Program-made: the position numbers and the translations under genes
Assembly: GCA_965226585.1 (NCBI GenBank)
Contig: OZ245366.1
Span: 1,312,001-1,376,000, forward strand
Source of the DNA: Thermodesulfobacteriota bacterium
GTDB taxonomy: Bacteria; Desulfobacterota_D; UBA1144; Nemesobacterales; Mycalebacteriaceae
Direction of reading: 5' to 3'
Length of the DNA: 64,000 nt
Shown: positions 38,123 through 47,841 of the stretch, one piece after another
How positions within the stretch are numbered: the stretch's first letter is position 1
How the letters are laid out: every line of letters starts with the position of its first letter
Notes under the pieces: generated by a model
The model's input: the letters and a program-made list of their open reading frames with translations, nothing else
Databases searched by the model: none
What the model was told of the DNA's origin: nothing

Positions 38123-41100
38123 TCAAAAACTGTAATTAACCCCGCCTCTGAACTCTTGCACAAAAGTATCAAAACTCGCGCTCATTCCGCCATCGTAATC
38201 AATCCTTACACTCAATTCCCGCAGAGGAGCATAAGGCGTGTATTCAAAACCCGCGCCGTAGTTGAACATTATCCGGTCCTGCCCGCCGCTTCGGGGAACA
38301 TTACCGTCAGCAAGAGTCGCCTCAAGTTCCGCCTCAGGGTTCAAGATGTGTATGTCCGCACCTGCGCGAATTCTCATATTTACCGTCTCACTCAAAGGCG
38401 AACGCGCCTCAAATGACGGACTTACATATACCAGTATCTCGCTTGTGTCTTTTACTTTGAAAGCGTCAGCTATTGCCTCAGGAGTGTTTGTTAAGGAAGT
38501 CTCATCAAACGCCCCCGCTGTTACATAAGACGCTCCAATCTCTATACGGGGAAACAACGCAAAAGTGCCGGACAAAAACGGCATTGCCGCGCCAAGCGCG
38601 CCGCCGAATACTGTTGCGTTTGTGTCCGCAGTGTAACGGTTATCTCCCGCAGTGCGGGTTGATTCCCAACTCGTAGAAACATACTGAAACCTGCCGTCAA
38701 CCATGTATCTGTCCACTATTGTGGAAGCGAAAATGCCGCCCATAAATCTTGTTGCCTCTCCGCTTGCGTCTGCTCTGCCTTCATCAGTCATCACATCCAT
38801 ATCAAGGTTTGATATTTCATAACCGCCAGCCACCGAAACAAGAATGCTGTTAAACGGCGCGGAAACGCCGCCGGTGAAGGTATAGACATCTTCGTCATAG
38901 TTAATCGCTGAAGAATAACGTGTGTACCTTCCGCCCGATGTTGCCCACACGCAACCAGTCCAGAAATCTCCGTCTATTTCATCACTTGCCGCAGAGCCGT
39001 AACCGCAACCGCTTGAAAGTTTTGTGGCAAAACTCCTGTCTGCGCGGTAAGCGGATTGTATGAGAGAATCATAAATATCTAAACTGGCATCTTTCAGCGA
39101 CATTGCCGTCAGGAAAAGGTTGCCGTCTCCATCAGTCTGAACACTTCCCCTTTCGCCTATTCCCGCATTCAGACGCTCTACAACTTCCTGCCTTTCTTCG
39201 CCTTCGGGCAGGTCGTCCGCTTCAAAAATTGTGTATTCCGTTATATGCGCTCCGGGAACATCAACTTCAACATTGAAACCTTTTACATCTTCCGCAGTTA
39301 TCTCGCCTTCAATATCTATGAGCGGTTTGCCTGTCATCTCTTCGGGGTCTGCCAAGACAACAAGGGTTGAATTTTCTCCAAAGGTTATTTTTTCCAGTCC
39401 CGCAAATCCGCCTGTGTCTTGAATTACGATTGTGCCTTCGTTTATGAAATGGTCATCGCCATCGCCAAAGTTAATGGTTGCCCGTTCCGGCTCCCGCTCA
39501 GGCGCGGCGGCGGATAGGCGGAAGCGGCTGTCGCCGCTTGCTGACCCCTCCCCCGTCATTCCTGCCTCCCCCGTCATTCCTGCGGAAGCAGGAATCCAGT
39601 ATTGGTTAGCCAGTTGAATACTGGATTCCGTGTCAGGCACGGAATGACGGGAGGGCGCGGAATGACGGGAAGGGGAGGATGCGGAATGACGGGAAGGCGC
39701 GGACGAATGACGGGCGGGCGTAGAAAGCCCCTCAACTTCGTCATCGTCACCGTATATGACCATACCCGCGCCGTTTATTATGCCGGAGTTCTCGACAATA
39801 TCATCGCCGTCTCCCGTGTCAAAATCGCCGGTAAGCGTCATAACTCCCGTTTCTTCGTTGTAGAGTTCGTCATTGCCATCGCCCATGGTGCCGCTTCCGG
39901 TGAATATGCCTCTGTTCTCGAAAAAGTCATCGCCGTCTCCCATGTCAAAAGAGCCGCCGGTAGTTGTGATAACTCCCGATTCTTTGTTGCTAACAATATC
40001 GTGAGAATCGCTCAGTTGAATATTTCCGACTATCGTTCCCATATTGTTCAGAGTAGCGTGTAAGTCCTTCCTACCTAAACTGCTCCCGTCATCGTCTAAA
40101 CGCAAGGCATCCACCCTGTTCGCGGCTGTAACCACACACTCGTTACGAAATTCCACGCCGCCGCACAAAAGACCGCCCTCATAAATTTCCACAACAGTTC
40201 CCTGATAAGACGAACTGCCGCTTCTCAAATATGCCGCCACAGAGTTCATCCCGGAGGCATACACACTCGCGCTTCTGTGGATGTAGAGTGTTGCATTGCC
40301 CGTGCCGCTGGAAGATTCTCCCTTGGAAAGCAGGATGGTTGTGCTGTCCGCTCCGGTTGTGTACACACGCGATTCGGCTATGTTCGCAACAGAAGCTCTC
40401 TTGGGCGCGTTAATATTCACCGCCACACTGTTCACACCATTTGTGAACACACCAGACGAACTGCTAATAGAAACAGTTGAGTTCGCGCTTTCCGCGCTCC
40501 CTTCCCCTATCCATATCGCGTGGCTGTCATTTGCCGCCGTGTACACCCGCGCCCCGGCGGATACTTGTATGTAGGAATCCCCGGTAGTGCTGTTAAAAGA
40601 TATGGCGTTGCTTTCCGCCCCGTTCGCAAACACTCTGGAAAAATCGTGAACCGTTATATGTCCAACCGCCTCCGTATCTACGATTATGGCACTGCCCGCT
40701 TTTGTGGTGAACACGGTTGATGACTGGTTGACTATTATTTGCGTTTTATCGTTGTTTATTCTGTCGTCAAGGTAGCTCAAATAAGGACGCTCTTCCAGAC
40801 CGTTTGCGTAGATTGCCGCGCTTCCCGCGCCGTTTGCCCACACATGAGACTGATTACCGACAGTTATAAGTTGGTCTCTGCTACTAACATTGCCGTAGAT
40901 TGTGCGCGACCCGTCTCCCTGCGACCACACGTTTGAGCCGTTGATTTCAATTCCCACAAACCGGTGGGAATCCCCCCACAGCGCGCGTCCGTCTTGCCCC
41001 GTTGCCCAAACCCTTGAGCCGTTGGCAATCACAATATAAGAATCGGTTGTTAATGATGATGTTGTCTTTGTCCTTATGCCGTATCCGTCTCTGCCCGTAG

Positions 41101-41986
41101 TTTTGATGTTTGAACCGCTGACAACAACATTGCCTCCTCCCGCTCCCAGCATATTCATAAAGACTGCCGATGAACGTGTAGGCGAGGTAGTTCGTGTGGA
41201 ATTTTCAAAGATGTCTGAATCGCTAATTTCCACATAGGTTCTGCCAGCCCCCGTTGTCCGCGTCCTGATGGTGTTTGAGTCCCGGCTTGAACTTCGTTCG
41301 CCAGTCCACATTTTTGACGAGCTGACCTTCAAGGTAATCGCGTTGGCTCCGGCGTCTGAGTTTGACGAGAAGGCAAAAATTGCCGAACTGTCGGACTTTC
41401 CCGCCCATATTGTTGAGCCGTTTATGCTGACCGCAACACTGCCGCCTCCGGCATTGGCAACAACCGCGTTTGAGTCCGCCCCGTCCGCCCATATATGCGA
41501 GCCGTTTATTTCAATGTCTATATTCTCGCTGTCGCCCGCGCTGCTGAAATGAGCGATGTTCGCATATCTGGGTACTATGCGCGCGCCTATTTGCGAGTTG
41601 TGAATGGCAACAGACATTGCCGCAGGGGTCGCCGTTTCCGCCCACACCGCGCCCGCTCTCTGTCCGCCGTTTGCCCACACATTCAGGTTGCGGAGTTCAA
41701 GCGCGGGGCTGTCTGTCCTGATAGTGTTGACACTGCCGCCAACAGACCATATTTCCATCGTCTCGCCTTCCGCCGCGAGGATTGAGAGTTTGTCGGCGCC
41801 TTCAGACCATATTGCCGAACTGCTCGCCCCGCTTGCCCATATTTTTGAGGGACCCCGCACGATGAAAGAAACATTGCCGCCCGTGCTTTCCAAGCCAATC
41901 GTTATGCTTTGCGCGTAAGAGTCGCCCGGCGCGGGGAGGGCGAAAAGAAGAGCCAACAGAATAATGGCGATTGATTTTTTAGGCAT
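38123..41986 (-). CDS. Autotransporter/adhesin 5 (~1287 aa), barrel type A, with in-frame palindrome insertion
   Basis: Start taken at MPKKSIAIILL (signal peptide ..SYA|Q); C-terminal region nearly identical to autotransporters 1 and 8. Confidence 0.86.
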   Translation of the reverse strand: MPKKSIAIILLALLFALPAPGDSYAQSITIGLESTGGNVSFIVRGPSKIWASGASSSAIWSEGADKLSILAAEGETMEIWSVGGSVNTIRTDSPALELRNLNVWANGGQRAGAVWAETATPAAMSVAIHNSQIGARIVPRYANIAHFSSAGDSENIDIEINGSHIWADGADSNAVVANAGGGSVAVSINGSTIWAGKSDSSAIFAFSSNSDAGANAITLKVSSSKMWTGERSSSRDSNTIRTRTTGAGRTYVEISDSDIFENSTRTTSPTRSSAVFMNMLGAGGGNVVVSGSNIKTTGRDGYGIRTKTTSSLTTDSYIVIANGSRVWATGQDGRALWGDSHRFVGIEINGSNVWSQGDGSRTIYGNVSSRDQLITVGNQSHVWANGAGSAAIYANGLEERPYLSYLDDRINNDKTQIIVNQSSTVFTTKAGSAIIVDTEAVGHITVHDFSRVFANGAESNAISFNSTTGDSYIQVSAGARVYTAANDSHAIWIGEGSAESANSTVSISSSSGVFTNGVNSVAVNINAPKRASVANIAESRVYTTGADSTTILLSKGESSSGTGNATLYIHRSASVYASGMNSVAAYLRSGSSSYQGTVVEIYEGGLLCGGVEFRNECVVTAANRVDALRLDDDGSSLGRKDLHATLNNMGTIVGNIQLSDSHDIVSNKESGVITTTGGSFDMGDGDDFFENRGIFTGSGTMGDGNDELYNEETGVMTLTGDFDTGDGDDIVENSGIINGAGMVIYGDDDEVEGLSTPARHSSAPSRHSASSPSRHSAPSRHSVPDTESSIQLANQYWIPASAGMTGEAGMTGEGSASGDSRFRLSAAAPEREPERATINFGDGDDHFINEGTIVIQDTGGFAGLEKITFGENSTLVVLADPEEMTGKPLIDIEGEITAEDVKGFNVEVDVPGAHITEYTIFEADDLPEGEERQEVVERLNAGIGERGSVQTDGDGNLFLTAMSLKDASLDIYDSLIQSAYRADRSFATKLSSGCGYGSAASDEIDGDFWTGCVWATSGGRYTRYSSAINYDEDVYTFTGGVSAPFNSILVSVAGGYEISNLDMDVMTDEGRADASGEATRFMGGIFASTIVDRYMVDGRFQYVSTSWESTRTAGDNRYTADTNATVFGGALGAAMPFLSGTFALFPRIEIGASYVTAGAFDETSLTNTPEAIADAFKVKDTSEILVYVSPSFEARSPLSETVNMRIRAGADIHILNPEAELEATLADGNVPRSGGQDRIMFNYGAGFEYTPYAPLRELSVRIDYDGGMSASFDTFVQEFRGGVNYSF
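39552..39714. repeat. In-frame CGTC doublet (39572-39649) with stuttered ends inside autotransporter 5
   Basis: Translates on the minus strand as ...SRHSAPSRHSVPDTESSIQLANQYWIPASAGMTGEAGMTG... Confidence 0.95.
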
Positions 41987-42016
41987 TTTTTCAGTTGGCG
42001 CACAATGTTTTTTGTC

Positions 42017-42057
42017 CGTCATTCCAATACTGGATTCCTGCTTCCGCAGGAATGACG
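42017..42057. repeat. Internally deleted CGTC doublet (reverse orientation) between autotransporters 6 and 5
   Basis: CGTCATTCC fused directly to AATACTGGATTCCTGCTTCCGCAGGAATGACG. Confidence 0.88.
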
Positions 42058-42084
42058 GGAAAAGGCAATGGAATGACAGGGCAC

Positions 42085-45000
42085 CTAAAACGCCAATCCA
42101 AATCTTGCGCTGAACCTTTGTGTCAATGTATCAAGCCCCGCGCCAACACCTCCGCCATACTCAACCCGCAAACTGACACCGCTTCCGGGCGTAACCTCAA
42201 GCCCCGCGCCGTATTTAACCATCACCCGCTCAAAATTGCCGTCAGCAAAAACAGGGTCGGGGTCTGCGGGGGTGCTTTCGGGGGAACCGCCGCTCCACTT
42301 TGTTTCAGGGTCTGTAATGTGCGCTTCCGCTCCCAAACTCATCCAAATATTTACCGAATCCCCCGCCGGAGCATACGCCTTTACGGACGGGCTTATGACT
42401 AAATATGTCTCCCCCGCCTTGTCAACCGAAATGGCGGAATCTCCCGCGCTTTTCTCACCGAAACTGTCAGCAGACACCCGTGTAACCGCCGCTTCAACTC
42501 TGGGGACAACCATAAACACGCCGCCGGGAACAATCGGCATTTCCGCCCCCACAGCCGCAGACCATGTTGATATGTCGGTTTTCGCGTTGTAGAAAGCGGA
42601 CGACCTTACCGCAGTTGACTCCCATACCGCTTTGGCAAACTGCGTTCTCGCGTCCGTAATAATTCCGTCCCAAATCTCACCCGCCACCGCGATACCCGCC
42701 ATAAACCGCTCGGCAACGGCGTTTGTGTCCGCCCCGATTTCAAAATCCGATGTCTCATATCCCGCCGCTATTGAAATGGCGGACTTTCCGGAGGGTATTG
42801 TGAAACCGCCTGAAAATACATAAGCGTCTTCGCCGTATTTGGCGTTGTCTGCGTTTTGGCGTGTGTATCTGCCGTCTGTGTCCGCCCACACACAGCCGCC
42901 GCTCAAGTCCTGAGTTTCCGCCCCGCCGCCGCCGTAGCAACCGCCGCGCAGTTTTTCAGAGAAGGCATTGTCCGCATAATAGGCGGATTGCAGTATCGCG
43001 TCATAGTTTCGCAGGTAATCCATGTGTTCCCGTGTTACAAGGGTGATGAATATATTGCCGTCCGCAGACATCCGGGCGTTTTCGCCTTCGCCGAGCCCTT
43101 CTCTTATCATGCCGAGAATGGCTTGCCTTTCCGCTTCGCCATCGGGAATGGCGTTTTCGCTGAACATGGCGAATTCGGCGGAATGTCTTGCGGGGTTGTC
43201 AAACTCTATGCTTATGCCTTTTATGTCTTCCGCCGTTATCTCGCCTTCAAGGTTGATGAGGGGTTTGTCGTTCATTTCCCCGGGGCTTGCGGAGACAACA
43301 AGGGTTGAGTTTTCGCCGAAAGTTATTGTGTCCAGTCCGTTAAAGCCGCCCGCGCTTGTGATGGTTATTGTGCCGTTGTTTATAAAGTGGTCTGTGCCGG
43401 AGCCGAAGTCTATACCCGTGGTTGGCGCGGGTGGAGGCGAGGCGGAAAGGCGGAAACGGCTGTCGCCGCTTGCTGACGGGGTAATACTGGATTCCGTGTC
43501 AGGCACGGAATGACGGGAGGGGGAGGATGCGGATGCGATACGCATGGAGCCGCCGCCGTCTCCCTCTGTTGATACCGTGCCTCCAAGTATTTGCGAGCTG
43601 TCATAGGTTACGCTCGCGCCGTCTTTGTTGACGAAAGTGTCATCACCGGCTCCCATGTCAAAATCTCCGGTGAGGGTGAAGGTTCCTTTGTTTTCAACTC
43701 TGTCATCGCCGCCGCCGGTTGTGCCGCTTCCGGTGAATGTGCCGTTGTTGTAGAAAACATCGCGGGTTTCTGAAAGCGAAATTTTCCCCACGATACTGCC
43801 GCCGGTGGATCTGGTTGTTATCTTTGTGCTGGCGGTCGCCCCGTCTGCCGTCTCAAAACGCACGGCGTACACATCCGCGCCGCCCTCGGTGCAGGTTGCT
43901 CCCGCAAATACGCCGCCGCACACGGTCGCGTCTCTGGCAACGGTTAGAGCCATTGAGCCGTTGATGTTTTTGAAAGACACCGCCGAACTGTTTGAGCCGT
44001 TCACCCACGCCTTTGAGCCGGCCGAGGCTAACTCAAAATCCACATATCCGTCCACATCCGCTTTCACCGCCGTGCTGTTCGCCTCCTCAGCCCAGAAAGT
44101 TGATACGCCGTTTGATATAAAGATTATGTTTGTCCCCTCAATCGCGGAAAACGCCGCGCTGTTCACGCCCTTTGTGAAAATCTCAGAAACAGCCGGGACC
44201 CCGTCCGCTTGAGTGAGGGAAATCAGAGTCGTGCTGTTCACGCCGCCAGTTACAAGCGGAACCTCATCTGTTTGGGAGTAGGAAATCAGAATCGCGCTGT
44301 TCACGCCGTTAATCCCAATCGCCGTGCTGTCCGCCCCTTCCGTCCACACCTTCGCGCCACTTACAGCCGCCGTCAGTGTCAACCCCGAAACCGAAATCGC
44401 CGTGCTGTTCGCGCCGTTCGTGAAAACGGACGAACCCATATACATAGCCCCTTCACCGCCGATGGACATACGCACCGCCGTGCTGTTTGCCCCTTCCGTG
44501 TAAATGCTTGAGTTTTGACTGAGAGTCGCGCTTACAAAACTGCCGAATTCCGAAGATGAGACCGAAACTGCCGTGCTGTCCGCGCCGTTTGTGAAAACCG
44601 TTCCGCCGTACCAAATGTCCACTCTTGCCGTTCCGCTATCCGTTTCCGCCAGAATCGCCGCCCCGTTATCCCCGTCTGTCCACACAGTCGCGTAGTCCGG
44701 GAAAAACCGCCAAAAAAGCCCCTGCCCGTCTATGGGGAAGTTTATTACAACTTGCGCGTTTCCTTCACCAGACCGCGCCTTTGCCGCCGAACTGTCCGCG
44801 CCGTTTGCCCATACTTCGGCGGTAACGGTGTAACCGAGAATATTGATGAACGCGTTTTCGTCCCCCGCCACATCAATAGTCGCGGTGTTATCGCCTTCCG
44901 ACCACACTGTTGCGAATGTGCTGACAATCGCATTGGCATCTCCCGCGTCCGCCCTTGCGTGGATAACGGGGGAGTTGGGCGCGTTTGTCCACACCTGCCC

Positions 45001-47829
45001 CACAGAACCGCTGAGCGTTATGTTTCCCCGCGCGCTTTTTGCCCTTATTGCGGGGCTGTTATCGCCGTCCGTCCAAATGCTGATTCCAAAGGATATTTCT
45101 ATGTCTCCCGATACGCTGTTTGCCGTTATTATCGGGCTGTCCGCTCCGTTTGCAGATGCGATTGCGGCGTTTATGAATATGTCTCCGCTTCCGCTGTTTG
45201 CCACTATCGCGGAGGTGCCCGCGCCATTTGCCCGGACTTCGCCGCTGCTAATGAGGTCGCCAAATCTGCTTGTTTCAGCAAGAATGTCCAGAACAGTTTT
45301 GCCGCTTCCGCCTTCCAGAGAGATGGCTCTGCCGCCGGGTGTGTCCGCCCGGACGATGGCGTTATCAATCTGAACGGTTATGCCGCCGCTTTGCGATCTT
45401 GCCTCAATCGCTGAACTTCCCGCGCCGTTTGCCCACACACTCGCGCCGTCATTGATATAGACCGTTGTTCCTTTTACTGTTGAAGAGCTGTCACCTGTTG
45501 TCCAAACCTGTCCACCGCCGGAAATATTCAAAGTTGCCGTAACTATCGCGCTGCTTGTCGCCCCGTTGCTCCACACTTTCGCGCCATTGACTGTTACGGA
45601 GGTTGTTGCCGTAACTGTGTTGCTTGTGTCGCCGCTAGACCACACATTCGCGCCGTTCCAGATATTGACAACCGGAGCCACTACGGTGTCGCTTGTGCCG
45701 CCTTCCGTCCAGACTTGAGTGTTTGTACTGTTGACTTCTGCTCTTATTCTCGCAGTAACCACCTGACTTCCCGCTCCGTTTGCCCAAACTTTCACGCCGT
45801 CATTGATATATGCCAGTGCTCCGTCTTTTACTGTTTGAACGCCGCCAACTGTTGTCCAAACCTCTCCGTCGCCATCCGCTGATGTGATGTTGGCAATTAT
45901 TCTGCTTCTCGCCGCAACCGCCGAACTGCCCGCGCCTTCCGCCCAAACCTTTCCACCGCCGGAAATATTCAAAGTTTCCATAACTATTGCGTTGCTTGTA
46001 GCGCCGTTGCTCCAGACATTCGCGCCATTGACTGTTACGAAGGTTATTGCCCTAATCGCGTTGCTTGTGTCGCCGTTAGCCCAAACATTCGCGCCGTTCC
46101 AAATATTGGCAATCTGACCACCATCTATGGTGGTTCCTGTGTCGCCTTCCGTCCAGACCTGAGTGCCTGTGCCGTTGACTGTTGCTGCTACAGCCGGTAC
46201 TCCTGGCATCGTTATCACCGCAACCGCCAAACTTCCCGCGCCGTTTGCCCACACTTTCACGCCGTCATTAATAAGTACCTCTGTTCCTTCTACTGTGTGA
46301 ACTCCGGTGAGCGTTGTCCAAACCTGTCCCGTTGCGTCATCCGCCACTATGTTGACCGTTCCCGAAACTCCCGCAGAAAGCGCCTGACTTCTCGCGCCGT
46401 TTGCCCAAACTTTTCCACCGCCGGAAACATTCAAAGTTTCCGTAACTATAGAGTTGCTTGTGTCGCCTTCCGTCCACACTTCAGAGCCGTTGACCACAAC
46501 AGTTGTTGCTGAAATGGCGTTGGCTGTCGCTCCGGTAGCACGCACTTTTGAGGCGTTCCACACATTCACCGCGCCAGTTGTTGCTGAGATTGTGGCGGCT
46601 CCCGTTTTGTTCGTCCACACATCCGCGCCGCTGACATCAACATCACCGGTCGCCAAAATCGCGAAATCCGAATCATTGCCGCCAATATCTGCGCCCACAA
46701 CATTCACCGTTGACGCATTAATTGCCGCAAATCCGCCTTCCGTCCAGACGGAAAGACCGTTATCTTCTCCCGCCACTACTGACAGGATTCCCGTGGTTGA
46801 CGCTTCAATGGCAATACTTCCGGCTTCATCCGCCCACAAAACTGAACCGCCGTTTCCGCCTATGTTTATGTCTCCGCCGCTTGTGGATGTTGCTATAATG
46901 CCGTTTCCACCTTCACGGGTCTCGCCCTTTCCGCCTCTCCCATAGACGACTCCGTTTGCGAGAGCGAGGTCAATATTTCCGCTAACCGTGTTGGCTATGA
47001 TGCCGTCTTTACCGACTATACAGGAGACGGCGTTCGCAACTGTTATGTCTATGCCTGCCGAACCTCCCGTTTCTGCCGCCAAACCGTAAGAGGCTCCCAC
47101 GGATGAGGCGATTATTGCCGCGCTGTCTGTAATTTCAACTGTTATGGCGCCGCTTGTGGATGTGAGTGTCGCGCCTCTTGTGTCTGAAAGTTCGTCCCGC
47201 TTTGCCCTATAGGTAATCATGTGAATGAACGTATTTTCGCCTGCAAGCGTAAGGTCAATGCTTCCGCTTGTTGTGTTTGCTATAAGGCCGTTCGTGCCGT
47301 TTTGATCTGAAAGGAGTAATCCGCCAGTGGATAAGTTCACGTTCACGCTTCCGCTTGCGGATGTTGCTATAATGCCGTTTCCGCCGGTTCCCCCGATTTT
47401 AACTCTTGAGATGTTGTGAATGTCTATATCCACATCGCCCGTTCCGGCTGTGATGGTAACAACGTTTCCATCGCTTCCGCTTTTGGTGGTGTACGACTCA
47501 TCATCGGTTCGGAAGGTAGCGTCAGTCGCGCCGCCGATAACTACTGTGTCTCCGCCTGTTTGGGTTGTTGTAACATTTGCACCGTAAGAGGTAAGGGTGG
47601 CAGACCCTGCGGTGGAGTTGACTGTAACAACGGGGTTGTTCGTAACCACGGAAGGCACACCTGCTGAGATGTTAAGCGCGGCGTCTTCTGTTGCGGAGGT
47701 ACAATCAATTGCGGTTGCGGTTGCCGGGTTCACATCGCCGCAACTCGTTTGCGCATGGGAGTCTTGCGGCGCAAAAGCAAATAGAATTGCGAACAAAAAG
47801 ATGAGGGTTAGTTTTCTATTATTGGGCAT
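42085..47829 (-). CDS. Autotransporter/adhesin 6 (1914 aa), barrel type C
   Basis: Signal peptide (..SHA|Q); N-terminus paralogous to 1/4/7; C-terminus ...FSARFGLAF paralogous to 2. Confidence 0.87.
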   Translation of the reverse strand: MPNNRKLTLIFLFAILFAFAPQDSHAQTSCGDVNPATATAIDCTSATEDAALNISAGVPSVVTNNPVVTVNSTAGSATLTSYGANVTTTQTGGDTVVIGGATDATFRTDDESYTTKSGSDGNVVTITAGTGDVDIDIHNISRVKIGGTGGNGIIATSASGSVNVNLSTGGLLLSDQNGTNGLIANTTSGSIDLTLAGENTFIHMITYRAKRDELSDTRGATLTSTSGAITVEITDSAAIIASSVGASYGLAAETGGSAGIDITVANAVSCIVGKDGIIANTVSGNIDLALANGVVYGRGGKGETREGGNGIIATSTSGGDINIGGNGGSVLWADEAGSIAIEASTTGILSVVAGEDNGLSVWTEGGFAAINASTVNVVGADIGGNDSDFAILATGDVDVSGADVWTNKTGAATISATTGAVNVWNASKVRATGATANAISATTVVVNGSEVWTEGDTSNSIVTETLNVSGGGKVWANGARSQALSAGVSGTVNIVADDATGQVWTTLTGVHTVEGTEVLINDGVKVWANGAGSLAVAVITMPGVPAVAATVNGTGTQVWTEGDTGTTIDGGQIANIWNGANVWANGDTSNAIRAITFVTVNGANVWSNGATSNAIVMETLNISGGGKVWAEGAGSSAVAARSRIIANITSADGDGEVWTTVGGVQTVKDGALAYINDGVKVWANGAGSQVVTARIRAEVNSTNTQVWTEGGTSDTVVAPVVNIWNGANVWSSGDTSNTVTATTSVTVNGAKVWSNGATSSAIVTATLNISGGGQVWTTGDSSSTVKGTTVYINDGASVWANGAGSSAIEARSQSGGITVQIDNAIVRADTPGGRAISLEGGSGKTVLDILAETSRFGDLISSGEVRANGAGTSAIVANSGSGDIFINAAIASANGADSPIITANSVSGDIEISFGISIWTDGDNSPAIRAKSARGNITLSGSVGQVWTNAPNSPVIHARADAGDANAIVSTFATVWSEGDNTATIDVAGDENAFINILGYTVTAEVWANGADSSAAKARSGEGNAQVVINFPIDGQGLFWRFFPDYATVWTDGDNGAAILAETDSGTARVDIWYGGTVFTNGADSTAVSVSSSEFGSFVSATLSQNSSIYTEGANSTAVRMSIGGEGAMYMGSSVFTNGANSTAISVSGLTLTAAVSGAKVWTEGADSTAIGINGVNSAILISYSQTDEVPLVTGGVNSTTLISLTQADGVPAVSEIFTKGVNSAAFSAIEGTNIIFISNGVSTFWAEEANSTAVKADVDGYVDFELASAGSKAWVNGSNSSAVSFKNINGSMALTVARDATVCGGVFAGATCTEGGADVYAVRFETADGATASTKITTRSTGGSIVGKISLSETRDVFYNNGTFTGSGTTGGGDDRVENKGTFTLTGDFDMGAGDDTFVNKDGASVTYDSSQILGGTVSTEGDGGGSMRIASASSPSRHSVPDTESSITPSASGDSRFRLSASPPPAPTTGIDFGSGTDHFINNGTITITSAGGFNGLDTITFGENSTLVVSASPGEMNDKPLINLEGEITAEDIKGISIEFDNPARHSAEFAMFSENAIPDGEAERQAILGMIREGLGEGENARMSADGNIFITLVTREHMDYLRNYDAILQSAYYADNAFSEKLRGGCYGGGGAETQDLSGGCVWADTDGRYTRQNADNAKYGEDAYVFSGGFTIPSGKSAISIAAGYETSDFEIGADTNAVAERFMAGIAVAGEIWDGIITDARTQFAKAVWESTAVRSSAFYNAKTDISTWSAAVGAEMPIVPGGVFMVVPRVEAAVTRVSADSFGEKSAGDSAISVDKAGETYLVISPSVKAYAPAGDSVNIWMSLGAEAHITDPETKWSGGSPESTPADPDPVFADGNFERVMVKYGAGLEVTPGSGVSLRVEYGGGVGAGLDTLTQRFSARFGLAF
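43483..43515. repeat. In-frame solo arm B inside autotransporter 6
   Basis: AATACTGGATTCCGTGTCAGGCACGGAATGACG, encoding RHSVPDTESSI. Confidence 0.92.
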
Positions 47830-47841
47830 AACTTGGAGTTG

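Noticed and set aside
37130..38172. Many short ORFs on both strands over the arrays (VIPAEAGIQY.., RHSVPDTESS..)
   Set aside because: They are translations of the repeat itself, with no independent coding evidence.
41987..42022. Longer start (MTDKKHC...) for autotransporter 5
   Set aside because: That ATG lies inside the palindrome end (GGAATGACG); MPKKSIAII at 41986 gives a normal signal peptide.
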